From Candidatus Aceula lacicola (lineage in GTDB: Bacteria; Omnitrophota; Gorgyraeia; Zapsychrales; Aceulaceae): a DNA stretch of 64,000 nt. Location of the stretch: positions 10,008 through 74,007 of the forward strand of contig JAVCCC010000004.1 of NCBI GenBank assembly GCA_030765785.1, given 5' to 3'. The notes under the pieces were generated by a model, which saw only the letters and a list, made by a program, of their open reading frames with translations, was not told where the DNA came from and did not search any database. The position numbers and the translations under genes were made by a program. Numbering within the stretch: position 1 is the first letter of the stretch; every line of letters begins with the position of its first letter. Positions 32,582 to 41,834 of this stretch are shown piece after piece.

Positions 32582-32609
32582 ATTATAGCAATAAAATAAT
32601 TTCTGTCAA
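32582..32609 (-). promoter_or_regulatory. consensus sigma70 promoter TTGACA-16-TATAAT for rrf2-metY-cysK, with an embedded 9-bp inverted repeat (candidate autoregulatory operator)
   Basis: Minus strand: TTGACAgaaattattttattgcTATAAT. The inverted repeat AGAAATTAT-N9-ATAATTTCT (32578-32604) overlaps the spacer and -10 box. Confidence 0.6.
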
Positions 32610-32629
32610 GAATTCTTTTATTAGTAGCT

Positions 32630-33493
32630 TTATTTAGATTTCGGACGCATAAGGCGTCGTATAGCCCAAGAAAAAAGGCTAAAGGGTAAGAATCTTCGAA
32701 GGGCGTAAATAATTTTACTGCTTGTATCGGGAATATTTCTAAATGGAGGTCGATCTAAATTAATTAACTTCTCAATAAGAATCGCCACGTCCTCTGGATC
32801 TCGATTGACAACCTTTATATGATCATTAATCCTCTTCTGAACGCCTTGTGAAAGCTCGTAATAAGGACTTCTCGTGTTAAAAAAGTTCGCAGCACACCGT
32901 CTGTTTTCATGAAAAATTTTTGTTTTATATACTCCTGGTTCAACAAGGCATACATTAATGCCAAAAGGAATTAATTCATAATAAAGGCTCTCAGAAAATC
33001 CTTCCAAAGCCCATTTGCTTGCATTGTATGCACCGAAGCATGGCAATGCATACAACCCTGAAATACTCGAAATGTTAACAATCGTTCCTCTCTTTTGCTC
33101 ACGCATTAAAGGAATAGCTTCACGAGTAACATTCTGAACGCCAAAGAAATTTGTTTCTATTTGTTCTCGAATTTCTTCTTGTGTTAAATCTTCGAAAAAA
33201 CCACCAATGCCATATCCAGCGTTATTAACTAAAACATCAAGACGCCCATATTTTTCTTTGATATGGCGAACAACATCTTTAATCGAATTAATATCCGAAA
33301 CATCAAGACGTAGGACATCTATTTCACCACCTCTTAAAACAGCTTCGCCAACAAGATCATTTTGTTTTGACAAGTTGCGCATTGTTGCAATAACATAGTA
33401 ATCTAAGCTTGCTAATCGTGCTGCAATACGCAATCCAAATCCGCTAGAGCAGCCAGTAATTAAGACAACTTTTTTGTTAGAATTCTCTATCAT
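32630..33493 (-). CDS. short-chain dehydrogenase/reductase (SDR) family oxidoreductase
   Basis: 287 aa; TGCSSGFGLRIA Rossmann motif, catalytic YNASK (YxxxK). Confidence 0.85.
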   Translation of the reverse strand: MIENSNKKVVLITGCSSGFGLRIAARLASLDYYVIATMRNLSKQNDLVGEAVLRGGEIDVLRLDVSDINSIKDVVRHIKEKYGRLDVLVNNAGYGIGGFFEDLTQEEIREQIETNFFGVQNVTREAIPLMREQKRGTIVNISSISGLYALPCFGAYNASKWALEGFSESLYYELIPFGINVCLVEPGVYKTKIFHENRRCAANFFNTRSPYYELSQGVQKRINDHIKVVNRDPEDVAILIEKLINLDRPPFRNIPDTSSKIIYALRRFLPFSLFSWAIRRLMRPKSK

Positions 33494-33504
33494 ATGACAA
33501 TAAA

Positions 33505-34578
33505 TTATTGTGTTTTTGAAATGCTTTTTTGGATAAGAAGACAGTCAATCATAACAAGCGCAACCATAGCTTCAACAACGACAACCGCTCTTGGACAAAT
33601 ACAAGGATCATGACGCCCTTTGATTTCCATTGTTGTTGGTTTGCCGTCTATAGTTACAGCTTCTTGAGGCTTGGCAATAGAACATGTTGGACGAATAACA
33701 GCACGCAAGACAACATCATTCCCATTAGAGATTCCACCGGAAATCCCCCCAGAATGGTTTGTTCTTGATTTTAATGTTCCATCTTTTAAAGTTGAAATAT
33801 CGTTAAATTCAGATCCTTTCATAATTGCCGACTGAAATCCGTCGCCAATTTCAACACCTTTGATTGCACCAATGGACATGACACCGGAAGCTAGGCGAGC
33901 ATCAAGTTTATCGAAGACTGGATCACCAAGTCCAGCTGGGCAATTCTTGACAACGACTTCAATGACGCCACCGATAGAATCGCCTTCTTCTTTTGCAATT
34001 TTAATACGCTCTGCCATTAGCATTGCAGCCTCTGGGTCTGGACAACGAACAGGGTTTGATTCAATTGCTGCAAAATCAATATTTTTTGCAACAATATCAT
34101 CAATTTGTTTTGTGTATGCTGTTACAGTAATACCATATTCATCGAGCATTTTTTTAGCAACCGCACCAGCAGCAACACGTAATGCTGTTTCTCGACCAGA
34201 AGCACGGCCTCCTCCTCGCCAATCACGAATGCCATATTTTCTCAAATATGCGTAATCTGCATGACCAGGACGAAGAATATTTTTTAAATCTTCATAATCT
34301 TTTGGATTCGCATCTGTATTTCGAATTAAAAGACCAATTGGCGTTCCAGTTGTTTTTCCATCTAACATTCCAGATAAAATTTCAACCTCGTCCGCTTCTT
34401 TGCGTTGCGTCGTTAAAGAGCTTTGACCAGGGCGCCGTCTGTTAAGTTCGATTTGAATATCTTCCTTACTCAACGGCATCCCAGGCCGCACTCCATCAAT
34501 AACAGCACCAATCGCAGGACCGTGGCTTTCCCCAAAGGTGGTTACTGTAAATAGCTTTCCAAAAGTATTGCCTGACAT
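33505..34578 (-). CDS. aroC: chorismate synthase
   Basis: FGESHGPAIGAVIDGVRPGM, GRSSARETA-like GGGRASGRETA, RHDPC. Start set at MSGNTFGKLF (ATG 34578), 1 nt after the leuD stop. Confidence 0.9.
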   Translation of the reverse strand: MSGNTFGKLFTVTTFGESHGPAIGAVIDGVRPGMPLSKEDIQIELNRRRPGQSSLTTQRKEADEVEILSGMLDGKTTGTPIGLLIRNTDANPKDYEDLKNILRPGHADYAYLRKYGIRDWRGGGRASGRETALRVAAGAVAKKMLDEYGITVTAYTKQIDDIVAKNIDFAAIESNPVRCPDPEAAMLMAERIKIAKEEGDSIGGVIEVVVKNCPAGLGDPVFDKLDARLASGVMSIGAIKGVEIGDGFQSAIMKGSEFNDISTLKDGTLKSRTNHSGGISGGISNGNDVVLRAVIRPTCSIAKPQEAVTIDGKPTTMEIKGRHDPCICPRAVVVVEAMVALVMIDCLLIQKSISKTQ

Positions 34579-34579
34579 A

Positions 34580-35191
34580 TTAAATCCAAGCCCTTTCTTC
34601 TGACAATTTATCTTCGTAATTCTCAATAAGATCAATAAATTGCTGTGTCCATCCAATACTGTCCAATCCTTTGATTAAACAATCTTTGGCGAACGGATCA
34701 ATCTCAAATGAATATTTTTTCCCATCAGAAGTGTTAACTTCCTGATTCGGTAAATCTGCAGTTATTTTAGCATTGTCATTGCCTAAAGCAAAGCGGAATA
34801 ATTCATCAACTTGCTCTTGTGACAATTTAACTAGTAAAATGCCATTTCTAAGACAATTGTTGTAAAAAATATCTGCAAAACTCGGAGCAATGATCACCTT
34901 AAATCCAAAGTCAGATAATGCCCAAGGAGCGTGCTCTCGACTAGATCCGCATCCAAAGTTGTCGCGTGCAAGCAAAATCGTTGCCTTGCGATAAGCGTCT
35001 TTGTTCAAAATAAAATCTAAATTTTCTTTTGTTCCAGCATCATCTAAATAACGCCAATCATGAAAAAGATGTTTTCCAAAACCAGTTCTCTCAACTTTTT
35101 TCAAAAACTGTTTTGGAATAATCGCATCTGTGTCAATGTTAGCACGATCAATTGATGCAACAATTCCAGAATGTATTGTTATCGGTTCCAT
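34580..35191 (-). CDS. leuD: 3-isopropylmalate dehydratase small subunit
   Basis: 203 aa; aconitase-family swivel domain; start overlaps the leuC stop. Confidence 0.85.
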   Translation of the reverse strand: MEPITIHSGIVASIDRANIDTDAIIPKQFLKKVERTGFGKHLFHDWRYLDDAGTKENLDFILNKDAYRKATILLARDNFGCGSSREHAPWALSDFGFKVIIAPSFADIFYNNCLRNGILLVKLSQEQVDELFRFALGNDNAKITADLPNQEVNTSDGKKYSFEIDPFAKDCLIKGLDSIGWTQQFIDLIENYEDKLSEERAWI

Positions 35192-36588
35192 TAAAAATCC
35201 CTAATATCTGAGATATGTCCTTTAATAGCCGCTAAAGCAGCCATTTCAGGCCCTACAAGATGTGTTCTTCCGCCTTTTCCTTGGCGCCCTTCAAAATTAC
35301 GATTGCTTGTTGAAGCGCATCGCTCGCCCTCAGACAACTTATCTTCATTCATAGCTAGGCACATTGAGCATCCTGGTTCTCTCCATTCAAAACCAGCTTG
35401 CTTAAAAATAACATCTAGTCCTTCTTTTTCAGCTTGACGCTTTACTCGCCCAGAACCTGGCACAACCAAAGCTCGAACATTCTCAGAAACTTTATTTCCT
35501 TTAGCAATTGTAGCGGCTGCTCTTAAATCTTCAATGCGCCCGTTTGTACAAGATCCAATAAAAACAGTGTCGATCTTAATTGATTGAATTGGCGTCCCCG
35601 GCTTTAAATCCATATAGGCTAATGCTTTTTTAGCCGCTTCACTTTTAACAGAATCCTTGAATCCGCTTGGATCAGGTACATCTTCGTCAACACCAGCAAC
35701 TTGCTCTGGAGAAGTTCCCCATGTCACCTGCGGGGCTATCTTGCTTGCATCAATTTCTATAACTTTATCGAATTTTGCATCTGCATCACTTTCTAAAGTC
35801 TGCCACCATTTAACAGCTTTATCCCAATCTTCGCCCTTTGGTGCAAAATCTTTACCATTCAAATACTCAAAAGTAACATCATCAGGAGCAATCATTCCAG
35901 CTCTGCCTCCTGCTTCAATCGTCATATTGCAAATCGTCATGCGCCCTTCCATCGAAAGACCTTTAATGGCATCGCCTGCATATTCAATCACATATCCAGT
36001 TGCACCGTCTGTTCCAATTTGACCAATAATATATAAAATCAAATCTTTTGGCGTAATATCTTTTGATAATGTGCCGTTAATCTTAATCAACATGGTTTTT
36101 GATAAATTTTGTTGCAATGTTTGTGTTGCTAAAACATGCTCGACTTCAGATGTTCCAATTCCAAACGCCAAAGAACCAAAGGCTCCGTGTGTTGCTGTAT
36201 GTGAATCTCCGCAAACAATAACCATCCCAGGCAAAGTAAAGCCTAACTCTGGCCCAACAATGTGAACAACGCCTTGATCTGGATGCATAAAATCTAACAA
36301 TTTAACACCAAATTCCTTACAGTTGCGTTCTAATGCTTCCATTTGGATTCTTGATATTTCATCAGCAAATGATAAATCCTTAGCATTCGTAGGTACATTG
36401 TGATCCATTGTTGCGCATGTTCTTTTTGGATGGCGAACTTTTCGCTGTTTTAAGCGCAATCCTTCAAAAGCCTGAGGAGACGTGACCTCATGCAACAAAT
36501 GACGATCCACGTAAATGATTGTGGCATCATTTTTTCCTTCGCGCACAACATGTGCATCCCAAATTTTTTGATAAAGTGTTTTTCCCAT
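35191..36588 (-). CDS. leuC: 3-isopropylmalate dehydratase large subunit
   Basis: 465 aa; aconitase-family Fe-S ligand region ([20 protein letters not shown]). LeuC-size protein paired with leuD. Confidence 0.85.
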   Translation of the reverse strand: MGKTLYQKIWDAHVVREGKNDATIIYVDRHLLHEVTSPQAFEGLRLKQRKVRHPKRTCATMDHNVPTNAKDLSFADEISRIQMEALERNCKEFGVKLLDFMHPDQGVVHIVGPELGFTLPGMVIVCGDSHTATHGAFGSLAFGIGTSEVEHVLATQTLQQNLSKTMLIKINGTLSKDITPKDLILYIIGQIGTDGATGYVIEYAGDAIKGLSMEGRMTICNMTIEAGGRAGMIAPDDVTFEYLNGKDFAPKGEDWDKAVKWWQTLESDADAKFDKVIEIDASKIAPQVTWGTSPEQVAGVDEDVPDPSGFKDSVKSEAAKKALAYMDLKPGTPIQSIKIDTVFIGSCTNGRIEDLRAAATIAKGNKVSENVRALVVPGSGRVKRQAEKEGLDVIFKQAGFEWREPGCSMCLAMNEDKLSEGERCASTSNRNFEGRQGKGGRTHLVGPEMAALAAIKGHISDIRDF

Positions 36589-36680
36589 AATATATTTACC
36601 GACTTATATATTTTAATTAAGCCACTAATTTAACATAGAGTATTCGTGGATTCAAGTGTTTTCTAGGAGAGACACACTAT

Positions 36681-36890
36681 CTAGAGGTGCTTTTCTTTTT
36701 GATAAACTTCAATAAAGTATTCTATTGATCGGTCGAAAGTCTTCTCTGCATCATTTGGAAAATAACATGCCGGCAGAGCTCCTTTGTTTCGATGATAACG
36801 AACACATTCGCAACAAATACCCATTTTTTCACATGACCCATAGCTACAATTGCAATCTTGAAGATTTTTTTCTTTATTCGGGCAATTCAT
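36681..36890 (-). CDS. small Cys-rich hypothetical protein (69 aa)
   Basis: [45 protein letters not shown]: ten Cys in 45 residues. Overlaps the next gene by 4 nt. Confidence 0.5.
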   Translation of the reverse strand: MNCPNKEKNLQDCNCSYGSCEKMGICCECVRYHRNKGALPACYFPNDAEKTFDRSIEYFIEVYQKEKHL

Positions 36891-37306
36891 TGAGAAATCT
36901 CCTTTAATTCATTTAATAATGATTCAAAAGTATCTTTTTTTGTTGATACAATTTCTCCTTGATTTAACGACCTTCTGATCGTATCAACAATATTAAGATA
37001 ATTGCGCTCTGCTCGTGCAAACTCATCGACAACATCTTGTGAAACATAAGTTGGACCGACAGCTTTTAGAAGTCGAGCGGCATCACCATAAAGCTTTGCC
37101 GCTTCCAGGTAAAGGTTAACGCACATTTGAGCGCTTTGCCGATCTGGCTTTACCTTCATCAGATCTTGAGCGTAAGCAACAGCGTGTTGAGCTTTTTGGA
37201 TATTGCTAAAAGCTTTTAATTGAAGTTCATCTAAATTATTCTCAGCCACAGCTGACGCTGTGCACATTAGAGAGAAGCCAAGAATAAAAACAATTTTTTT
37301 AAACAT
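36887..37306 (-). CDS. secreted alpha-helical hypothetical protein (139 aa)
   Basis: Signal peptide [24 protein letters not shown]; remainder predicted helical; no recognised domain. Confidence 0.5.
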   Translation of the reverse strand: MFKKIVFILGFSLMCTASAVAENNLDELQLKAFSNIQKAQHAVAYAQDLMKVKPDRQSAQMCVNLYLEAAKLYGDAARLLKAVGPTYVSQDVVDEFARAERNYLNIVDTIRRSLNQGEIVSTKKDTFESLLNELKEISQ

Positions 37307-37375
37307 TTATACTCCAAGAATTAAGACAAGACGAATCCCTTGTCTCTTAGTTTTTTAAGCACGAGAATTATGATA

Positions 37376-37645
37376 TCAACTATTTGATGAAACAATTGTA
37401 TACGGCGGATTTGTTTTTGCCGGCATTGTCAAAACAACTGAAATCTCAAAATTTTCTACTTGAAAAATAAGCCGTGGATAAAAGAACATGTATCGACCCA
37501 TTCGACCGTTTCGCTTAAGACGCTCCTCTTGAAAAACTTTTTTATGCCTAAGATAAAAAGATAGAAAGTAAATAGTTATTCCACCTACAAAAACAGCGCA
37601 AATCAAAATTGCCATATATAAATTTACTTCTCCGCATGTTGACAT
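37376..37645 (-). CDS. possible small membrane protein (89 aa; real start may be the internal Met)
   Basis: One hydrophobic helix MAILICAVFVGGITIYFLSFYL followed by a basic stretch; weak support. Confidence 0.25.
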   Translation of the reverse strand: MSTCGEVNLYMAILICAVFVGGITIYFLSFYLRHKKVFQEERLKRNGRMGRYMFFYPRLIFQVENFEISVVLTMPAKTNPPYTIVSSNS

Positions 37646-37676
37646 TCTTGCGCCCTCTCTTTAAAAAACTTTTTTG

Positions 37677-37904
37677 TTATTTCTTCAAAGCACGTTTTCT
37701 AGCGCGCTTGATCGCAAGACTAATCTTGCGCTTTGTGGCCGCAGAATGCTTTTTGCCATACATTGGATTCTTTTTACCACTTACACTTTTAGAAATCTTT
37801 TCTTTTGAAGATTTCTTATGTTTTTTTCCATAAAAAGAATTCTTTTTTCCTTTTTGGGCTAAACTAATCTTACGCTTTGTTGCAGGTGTTTGTTTTTTTG
37901 GCAC
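37677..37904 (-). CDS. small lysine-rich protein composed of three NUMOD3-like repeats (putative DNA-binding)
   Basis: Repeats TPATKRKISLAQKGKKNSFYGKKH / SSKEKISKSVSGKKNPMYGKKH / SAATKRKISLAIKRARKR. Match the NUMOD3 consensus (GKKHSxETKxKISxAxKGK) of homing-endonuclease DNA-binding modules. No nuclease domain. Confidence 0.55.
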   Translation of the reverse strand: MPKKQTPATKRKISLAQKGKKNSFYGKKHKKSSKEKISKSVSGKKNPMYGKKHSAATKRKISLAIKRARKRALKK

Positions 37905-37927
37905 AACATACCTCCCTTTTAAAGATT

Positions 37928-40567
37928 TTAAACAAATTGTCTTAAAACAGTTTGAAGAATTCCACCGTTTCGATAATAATCAATATCAACTTTTGTATCT
38001 AGGCGTAGCTTGACATAAAATTCTTTTTTTGTCCCCGATCCTAGACGTGCAACAACTTTAAGACTTTGCTGAGGTTTAATTTTATCATTGAATCCAATGA
38101 AATCAAAGATTTCGTTACCTTTAAGCCCGAGCGTTTTACAGGATTGTCCTTTTTTGAATTCTAGAGGCAGAACTCCCATTCCAACAAGATTGCTTCGATG
38201 AATGCGCTCATAGCTTTGAGCAATAACAGCCTTAACTCCTAAAAGCGCTGTTCCTTTAGCCGCCCAATCTCGAGAAGAACCAGTTCCGTATTCTTTACCA
38301 GCTAAAATAATGAGCGGCGTTTTATCCTTTTTATATTTAAGCGCTGCTGAATAAATATCCATCCTCTTTTTTGACGGAAGATAAATAGTTTGAGACCCTT
38401 CCGCTCCAGGAACCAATAGATTCCTAAGTCGAATATTAGCAAATGTTCCTCGCGTCATAACCTGATCATTTCCTCGACGAGAACCGTAACTATTAAAATC
38501 GCCTGGTTTTATCTTCTTGCTTTGTAGAAATTTTCCTGCGGGGCTTGTTTGCGCAATTGCACCGGCTGGCGAAATATGATCCGTCGTGATCGAATCACCA
38601 AAAATAGCCAAGGGGCGAGCATCTTTAATCTCTTCGATGTGACCAGCCTCTTTTTGCATGCCAACAAAAAACGGTGGATGCTGAATATATGTGCTCTTAT
38701 TTCTCCACGGATAAAGATCAGCTTTTTTTGTTTTAATCTTTTTCCATTCCTTTGTTCCTTTTGTTATATTCATATATTGGTCAGTAAACATCTTTGGCTG
38801 AACAGACTTTTTAATCACGGACTCAATTTCAACGTTTGTTGGCCAAATATCGCTTAAATAAACGTCCTCTCCTTTTTTATTTTTTCCAAGAGGTTCTTTC
38901 GTTAGGTCAACACAAACATTTCCAGCAATAGCATACGCGACAACCAAAGCAGGACTTGCTAAATAATTTGCCTTAACCCAAGGACTAATGCGTCCTTCAA
39001 AATTTCGATTTCCGCTTAAAACGCTTGCGACTGTTAATTTCTTACTTTTAATTTGCTTCGTAATCTTTTCTGCCAACGGGCCGCTATTCCCAATGCATGT
39101 CATGCAGCCATACCCTGCAAGATGAAAACCAAGCTTTTCTAAATATGGAACTAATCCAGCTTTTTTTAGATATTCCATGACGACACGCGATCCTGGAGCC
39201 AAGCTTGTTTTAACAAAAGGCTTTACTTTAAGCCCAGCTTTGACAGCATTTTCTGCAAGCAGCCCAGCTCCAATTAAAACAGATGGATCTGATGTATTCG
39301 TACAGCTCGTGATCGATGCAATAATAACAGAACCATTTGTTAAAATATTTGTATTTTTAGGTGCAAAAAAAGTTTTTTCAAACTCTGATTTCATTTTAGC
39401 TAAAACAATACGATCTTGTGGTCGCTTCGGCCCAGCTAAACTTAAATGAATGGTGCTTAAATCAATCTCTACCGTTTCTGTATATTTAGGCGGCTTTATT
39501 CCTTTTTTGTAAAACATGCCCTGAAGCTTAAAATATCTTTTTATAAGATCGATTTGTGTTTTTGTCCGTCCCGTTTTTTGATAATATTCAAGCGTTTTAG
39601 AATCGATTGGAAATATTCCCATGGTAGCTCCATATTCTGGAGACATATTAGAAATCATAGCGCGATTGGCAAGCGTTAAGCTCTCCAATCCTTCACCGAA
39701 ATATTCAACAAATTTTCCAACAACACCAACTTTACGAAGTTTTTCAACAATCGTTAAAACGAGATCTGTAGGCGTCACTCCATTGCGAAGCTTTCCTTTA
39801 AGATGAAAACCAACCACCTCTGGCAAAAGCATATTAAGCGGCTCGCCTAACATAACGGCTTCTGCTTCAATGCCTCCAACGCCCCATCCCGCAATGCCAA
39901 GACCATTTATCATCGTCGTATGACTATCTGTTCCGATCAAACTATCAGGATATAAAGTTTTGTTTTTGCCTTTGCCCTGTGCTAAAACACCTTCAGCTAA
40001 ATACTCAAGGTTGATCTGATGGATAATGCCAGTCGCAGGTGGAATCACACGGAAATTTTTAAATGCCTGTTGCCCCCACTTTAAGAATTCGTATCGTTCT
40101 TTGTTACGCTTAAATTCTCTGGTGAGATTCTTTTGAAAGGCATCTTTTGTACCAGCATAATCAACTTGAACAGAATGATCAATAATCAAATCACATTGGA
40201 CCTGAGGATTAATTTTTTTATAGTCACCACCTAAATTCTTTACAGCATTACGCATCGCCGCTAAATCAACAACGCATGGAACGCCTGTGAAATCTTGCAA
40301 AATAACACGTCCTGGCTTAAAAGCAATCTCCGGCAAAACTTTTGCTTTTGGTGACCAAGCTGCAATCTTTCGCACATCCTCAGAAGTAACTTTGTATTCA
40401 TCGCAATTTCGAAGTGCGCTTTCTAATAAAATCTTTATCGAAAACGGAAGCCGATTGACGTTAGAAAGGCCAAACTTTTTTAATTTTGAAATTTGAAAAA
40501 TACAATATGACCCAGATTTTGTTTTGAGAGTTGTTTTAATATGGTTTAAATCAATTATTTTGTTCAC
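37928..40567 (-). CDS. acnA: aconitate hydratase A
   Basis: 879 aa, AcnA-length; aconitase domains with Fe-S ligands (CTNTSDP, GCMTCIGNSG), SRR motif region. GTG start with AAGGAG 8 nt upstream. Confidence 0.9.
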   Translation of the reverse strand: MNKIIDLNHIKTTLKTKSGSYCIFQISKLKKFGLSNVNRLPFSIKILLESALRNCDEYKVTSEDVRKIAAWSPKAKVLPEIAFKPGRVILQDFTGVPCVVDLAAMRNAVKNLGGDYKKINPQVQCDLIIDHSVQVDYAGTKDAFQKNLTREFKRNKERYEFLKWGQQAFKNFRVIPPATGIIHQINLEYLAEGVLAQGKGKNKTLYPDSLIGTDSHTTMINGLGIAGWGVGGIEAEAVMLGEPLNMLLPEVVGFHLKGKLRNGVTPTDLVLTIVEKLRKVGVVGKFVEYFGEGLESLTLANRAMISNMSPEYGATMGIFPIDSKTLEYYQKTGRTKTQIDLIKRYFKLQGMFYKKGIKPPKYTETVEIDLSTIHLSLAGPKRPQDRIVLAKMKSEFEKTFFAPKNTNILTNGSVIIASITSCTNTSDPSVLIGAGLLAENAVKAGLKVKPFVKTSLAPGSRVVMEYLKKAGLVPYLEKLGFHLAGYGCMTCIGNSGPLAEKITKQIKSKKLTVASVLSGNRNFEGRISPWVKANYLASPALVVAYAIAGNVCVDLTKEPLGKNKKGEDVYLSDIWPTNVEIESVIKKSVQPKMFTDQYMNITKGTKEWKKIKTKKADLYPWRNKSTYIQHPPFFVGMQKEAGHIEEIKDARPLAIFGDSITTDHISPAGAIAQTSPAGKFLQSKKIKPGDFNSYGSRRGNDQVMTRGTFANIRLRNLLVPGAEGSQTIYLPSKKRMDIYSAALKYKKDKTPLIILAGKEYGTGSSRDWAAKGTALLGVKAVIAQSYERIHRSNLVGMGVLPLEFKKGQSCKTLGLKGNEIFDFIGFNDKIKPQQSLKVVARLGSGTKKEFYVKLRLDTKVDIDYYRNGGILQTVLRQFV

Positions 40568-40607
40568 CTAAAACTCCTTATATCTTTAAACTATTATTTT
40601 TGATAGA

Positions 40608-40636
40608 ATTATAGAACGAAATCTTGATTATGTACA
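40608..40636 (-). promoter_or_regulatory. candidate acnA promoter TGTACA-17-TATAAT
   Basis: Minus strand: TGTACAtaatcaagatttcgttcTATAAT, about 40 nt upstream of the GTG start. Confidence 0.35.
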
Positions 40637-40799
40637 TAGGCTTGTTAAATTTTTAAATTAGTAAAAATTTTATCATATTGGTCTTTTCTATAAAAAGTTC
40701 AAAGAAAACCAATCTTAACACCTTTGTTTTTCAAAAAAAGACCAGAATATTCTGATTTCTTTAAAATTTTAATGAAACAAAGGTCAATAAAATAAAGAT

Positions 40800-41054
40800 A
40801 TGGCTAGCGTTATTACAAAAGGTTGCACGAAATGTAAAAAGTGCGTTGAGCCCTGCCCTGTGGATGCATTTCATGAAGATGCCGATACTTTGGTGATTAA
40901 TCCTGAGACCTGTATCGATTGTGGGGCCTGCATTCCAGCCTGCCCTGTTGGCATCATCTATGCTGAAGAAGATTTGCCAGATAATCTTAAGAATTTTAAG
41001 GATATCAATCTAGAAAAATCAAAAACCCTGCCAATCATTTCTGAAAATAATTAA
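40800..41054 (+). CDS. 2x[4Fe-4S] ferredoxin
   Basis: 84 aa; CTKCKKCVEPCP and CIDCGACIPACP cluster motifs. Confidence 0.85.
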   Translation: MASVITKGCTKCKKCVEPCPVDAFHEDADTLVINPETCIDCGACIPACPVGIIYAEEDLPDNLKNFKDINLEKSKTLPIISENN

Positions 41055-41069
41055 ATACTTTTTCATATC

Positions 41070-41834
41070 CTACTTGATTTCAATTCCAATCGGACAATGG
41101 TCAGAGCCTAAAACATCTTTAAAAATAAAAGACGATTTAACTTTTGGCAGAAACTCTTCGTTTACAAAAAAATAGTCTAGTCGCCAGCCAACATTGCGTG
41201 TGCGTGCCGCTGTCTTATAATCCCAGTATGTGTAGTGACCAGATTCATGAGGGTAAAACTGACGGAATGTGTCTACGTAACCTTCTTTAGTAAACTTTGT
41301 GATCCAAGCTCGTTCCTCTGGCAAAAAACCGGTATTTTCTTGATTATTCTTTGGTCGAGCCAAATCAATTTCTGTATGCGCGGTATTAACATCACCACAA
41401 ATAACGACATTCTTACCTTTTTTTTGAAACGATTTGACCACCTTTAAAAATTGATCATAAAATTTCATCTTATAAGGAACGCGCTTGTTGCCTGCTCCAC
41501 CATTGGGAAAATAGATATTAAACAAAACAAATTCTCCAAAATCTAAAATTAAATTTCTTCCTTCGCAATCAAATTCTTTTTTTCCTATCTTTGTCGAAAT
41601 GTTTTCAGGTTCTTTTTTAGCAAAGACGGCGACACCGCTATAGCCTTTTTTTTCGCCTGCAGACCAAAACGTTTTATATTGATTCGGTTTTAAAAGATTG
41701 TCAGTCAATTGCTCAGGATGACATTTTGTCTCTTGGACACATAAAATATCTGGATTCTCTTTATTGAGCCAGCCTAAAAAACCTTTTTTTTCAATCGCAC
41801 GAATGCCGTTCACATTCCAGCTTATAATTTTCAC
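41070..41834 (-). CDS. xth: exodeoxyribonuclease III (AP endonuclease)
   Basis: VKIISWNVNGIRA start (GTG at 41834 overlapping the upstream TGA stop as GTGA), ExoIII signature, HCPIGIEI C-terminus. Confidence 0.85.
   Translation of the reverse strand: MKIISWNVNGIRAIEKKGFLGWLNKENPDILCVQETKCHPEQLTDNLLKPNQYKTFWSAGEKKGYSGVAVFAKKEPENISTKIGKKEFDCEGRNLILDFGEFVLFNIYFPNGGAGNKRVPYKMKFYDQFLKVVKSFQKKGKNVVICGDVNTAHTEIDLARPKNNQENTGFLPEERAWITKFTKEGYVDTFRQFYPHESGHYTYWDYKTAARTRNVGWRLDYFFVNEEFLPKVKSSFIFKDVLGSDHCPIGIEIK

Noticed and set aside
37323-37355. Hairpin AGACAAG-N8-CTTGTCT followed by CTTAG and T6 on the plus strand, between two minus-strand small genes; possible plus-strand terminator or sRNA 3' end.
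   Set aside because: Only a 7-bp stem with 3 GC pairs, the T-run is separated from the stem by 5 nt, and no plus-strand gene or promoter lies upstream. More likely 5'-UTR structure of the 139-aa gene, or chance.
37395-37404. 10-mer ATTGTATACG shared with the rseC upstream palindrome (50501-50510).
   Set aside because: Thousands of coincidental 10-mer matches are expected in a window this size, and the 37395 copy has no palindromic partner.
40743-40754. Perfect 12-bp palindrome CAGAATATTCTG in the acnA/ferredoxin divergent region.
   Set aside because: About 16 perfect 12-bp palindromes are expected by chance in 64 kb of sequence, and there is no supporting second copy.
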